From the NCBI GenBank assembly GCA_050331235.1, contig JBHJHA010000038.1, positions 1-42,051 on the forward strand: DNA of 42,051 bases. The letters are read 5' to 3'. Positions 40,013-42,051 of this stretch are shown here, one piece after another. Below the pieces are notes generated by a model. That model did not search any database and was not told where the DNA came from. It was given only the letters and a program-made list of their open reading frames with translations. The DNA is from Leptolyngbyaceae cyanobacterium (GTDB lineage: Bacteria > Cyanobacteriota > Cyanobacteriia > Phormidesmidales > Phormidesmidaceae). The translations under genes and the position numbers were made by a program. How positions within the stretch are numbered: position 1 is the stretch's first letter; each line of letters starts with the position of its first letter.

Positions 40013-41112
40013 CTAAAACACAATCATCTCAAACTCAACTTGAGAGATGTCTTCACCCGGCTCGAAATCAGCCTTACCATCTTGGTTGACGCATCTTCTT
40101 CAGTCGGAGGAATGAGTGTAAAAAAGCTTTCAGTCATCCTCACACCTTCGGGGGGCAGTTCTCCTCCTTCGTAGTTATCGACCAAAATGCTGTCAGTAAA
40201 GTCAATCTCGTCCTCCAAATCCAGCATTTGAGCATAGTTCAGCGCTTCAGTTCTGGATATGGTGGTGTGAGGAGTAATCGCTGTCGTCGTAGAGCCAAAC
40301 TCGCCCACGCTAAAGGTCAAAAGCACATCCTCGAACAGGTATCGGGAGTTAGCGCAGTCACCGATGAGGAGACAATCCTGCTCCTGAGCCAAAACTTCGG
40401 TATACAGCGCCGCGTTGAATTTTTGGGTCTCGTAGGTAGCGTTAGCTTCTAAATAGCGATAGCTGTCCCCGTTTGTCTCTTTATTGCTGGTCAATGGATC
40501 GTTGAAAATATACCAGCTATAGAAGTTGTGCTCGCCATCGCGATCGCCCATGGCTGGTGTCGTGGTGATTTGCAACAGGGCCTCTGGAAAGGCGATCTGG
40601 TTAGTATGGATGAAGAAAAAGGCACAGAAGCCCTAGCCGGTGCCGGAACACGTCTCAGCTTCTTCAAATCCCTGGGCATGTAGCTCTCGAACGGCTGGAT
40701 CATTGAAGTCAGGCATAGATCCTTCGGCAGGGGTATAGGGCATCCAACCCTCGGCCATGACGAGCGATCGCACTTCACCATATGGAGTGCCAGGTTCTAG
40801 ATTGAGCCGCTCGATGTTAGCAGTCAGCGGTTCATTAGGCTCACCATCATTACCGACCTCCGCATATTGAGAGCGGTCAGCGGGAGCTGCCTGTTGCGCA
40901 TTAGGAGTCGCTTTGGTCATGTCCACCGTGGTGTCATCAGCGACCAGAGTTGTCTCAGCTTGGGGTGCCATCAGCGCAACTTGTGACTGGCTAGCGCCCC
41001 CTTTAGAGCACGCCACACTCATCAGACCTAGGGCGATCGCGAGGGTTCCGCTCAGGGTTGCTCGACTCAAAGACTTTTGTGACCCACGATTCTGTCGAAG
41101 ACGGCTATTCAT
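40013..41112 (-). pseudogene. Interrupted lipoprotein gene (in-frame TAG plus a probable 3' frameshift)
   Basis: Lipobox SVAC. ETCSGTG*GFCAF reads through TAG (40633-40635) into ORF 40024-40575 in the same frame. An alternative frame near 40090 gives VNQDGKADFEPGEDISQVEFEMIVF*. Confidence 0.75.
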
Positions 41113-41258
41113 AAAGAAAGATAGATGTGATACATAAACCTCAAGACAGAGAATGCCCCTCTGTCTCATCTAACCTCCAGACAGTTGCCGGTGTTTTGCG
41201 AAAATTTCACCAGCATTTAGCGGGCCAAGCCCTTTATGGAGTTCAAGCTAAAAGTATT

Positions 41259-41914
41259 GGCGTTGCTGAATCGATGAATGGTCAGGCAAGGATTGGGACC
41301 GTTCGGTAATGGAGGTAGTGCAGCAATAGCCGGATGGAATAGCCCAGCATCTCAATTGACTCGGAGTAACAAAAAGTACGCCGGTTGAGCCGCGCCAAAT
41401 AGTGCCGCAAGCGGCTGTTTTCCCCTTCCACCCGCGTCATGTGCGGCTTACTCACGACATGGTCGGCGACCTCGATGAACTTGGGATAGACGGGCCAACC
41501 GTCAGTGACATACCAAAAGCACTGCCAAACCTGAACTTGCGCCCACAACACTCGAAAGGTCTGAGCCGAGCGATCTCCTAGCGTCCAGGCCCAAATACCT
41601 GCTCTGGCTTTGTCGGTTGCCGTCCACAGCCAGACTTTGGTTTTTTTGAGCCCACAAAAGTCTGCAACTCATCGAGTTGAGTCACTTCTGGCGTAGACTC
41701 CATGGGCGGGGCTTGGGGCAGTGGTTGACCCACCTGCTGCACCCAGCGCATCACGGTGGTGTGATCTACCCCATGATGCCGTTCAATGGCGCGAAACCCC
41801 ATCTTGTTCACGTAGGCATCGAGGCACTGACGTTTGACCGCATCGCTGTAGCCTTGGGGCGAATAAAACTCGACAAACTGGCGGCGACAGTCCTTACATT
41901 GGTAACGTTGCTTA
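41259..41914 (-). mobile_element. IS1-family insertion sequence (InsA/InsB), interrupted at its 5' end
   Basis: End GGCGTTGCTGAAT at 41259; KQRYQCKDC, MGFRAIER, QLDELQTFVG; A7C slippery site at 41640-41647 leads into KTKVWLWTA...VTDGW...TRVEGENSRLRHYLARL. Confidence 0.9.
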
Positions 41915-42051
41915 TACCAATTCAATTTGAGGATGCACTTAATACAGCATTGGTAATGAAGTCCCATCCCGTCACTGAGCGAATCACGTCTTTGGTCATT
42001 TCTGACAAGACCTCTTGGACTCGCTGACGCAGCGCCTTCAGATTCTTGAAG
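41915..42051 (-). mobile_element. End of an IS630-family element inserted in the IS1
   Basis: Minus frame 42050-41922 reads FKNLKALRQRVQEVLSEMTKDVIRSVTGWDFITNAVLSASSN*, an IS630-like transposase C-terminus. Terminus TACCAATT sits next to a TA at 41913-41914. Confidence 0.75.

Noticed and set aside
40265..40275. Exact Yfr1 core motif on the minus strand
   Set aside because: It lies inside coding sequence (ITPHT) and has no Yfr1 structure, so it is probably chance.
41578..41967. 129-aa ORF as a complete InsA
   Set aside because: Its first ~18 codons come from the inserted IS630 end.
404..42027. Many antisense and overlapping ORFs in the track (e.g. 689-1081, 6524-6949, 14385-14930, 39339-39686)
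   Set aside because: They are shadows of well-supported genes or pseudogenes and have no recognisable motifs.

Overview
This is a cyanobacterial chromosome segment: the HIP1 octamer GCGATCGC is very dense and the gene set is Leptolyngbya/Nodosilinea-like (lineage inferred). Most of it is housekeeping or common accessory genes: cimA, a thiO-thiG fusion, secA, rpe, gamma-tocopherol methyltransferase, ktrB, a pilin, rpoZ, Ap4A phosphorylase, rqcH/NFACT, remA, sufE, a MATE transporter and a PEP-CTERM protein. I see no rRNA, tRNA or CRISPR array, and no clearly new multi-gene system. Best leads: (1) an ETR1-like ethylene-binding-domain PAS histidine kinase without GAF, paired with an Rcp1-type regulator; (2) a perfect 41-bp palindrome in front of a Zn-ribbon microprotein and an RHH regulator, next to a 677-aa pentapeptide protein; (3) an unannotated ~120-nt sRNA/small-ORF unit at ~32.2 kb, with promoter, NtcA-like site and terminator; (4) an M15 peptidase with three tandem repeats and a Zn-ligand D->N change; (5) a decaying right end with two pseudogenes and an IS630 nested in an IS1. 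All family calls come from motif recognition by eye; no searches were run.
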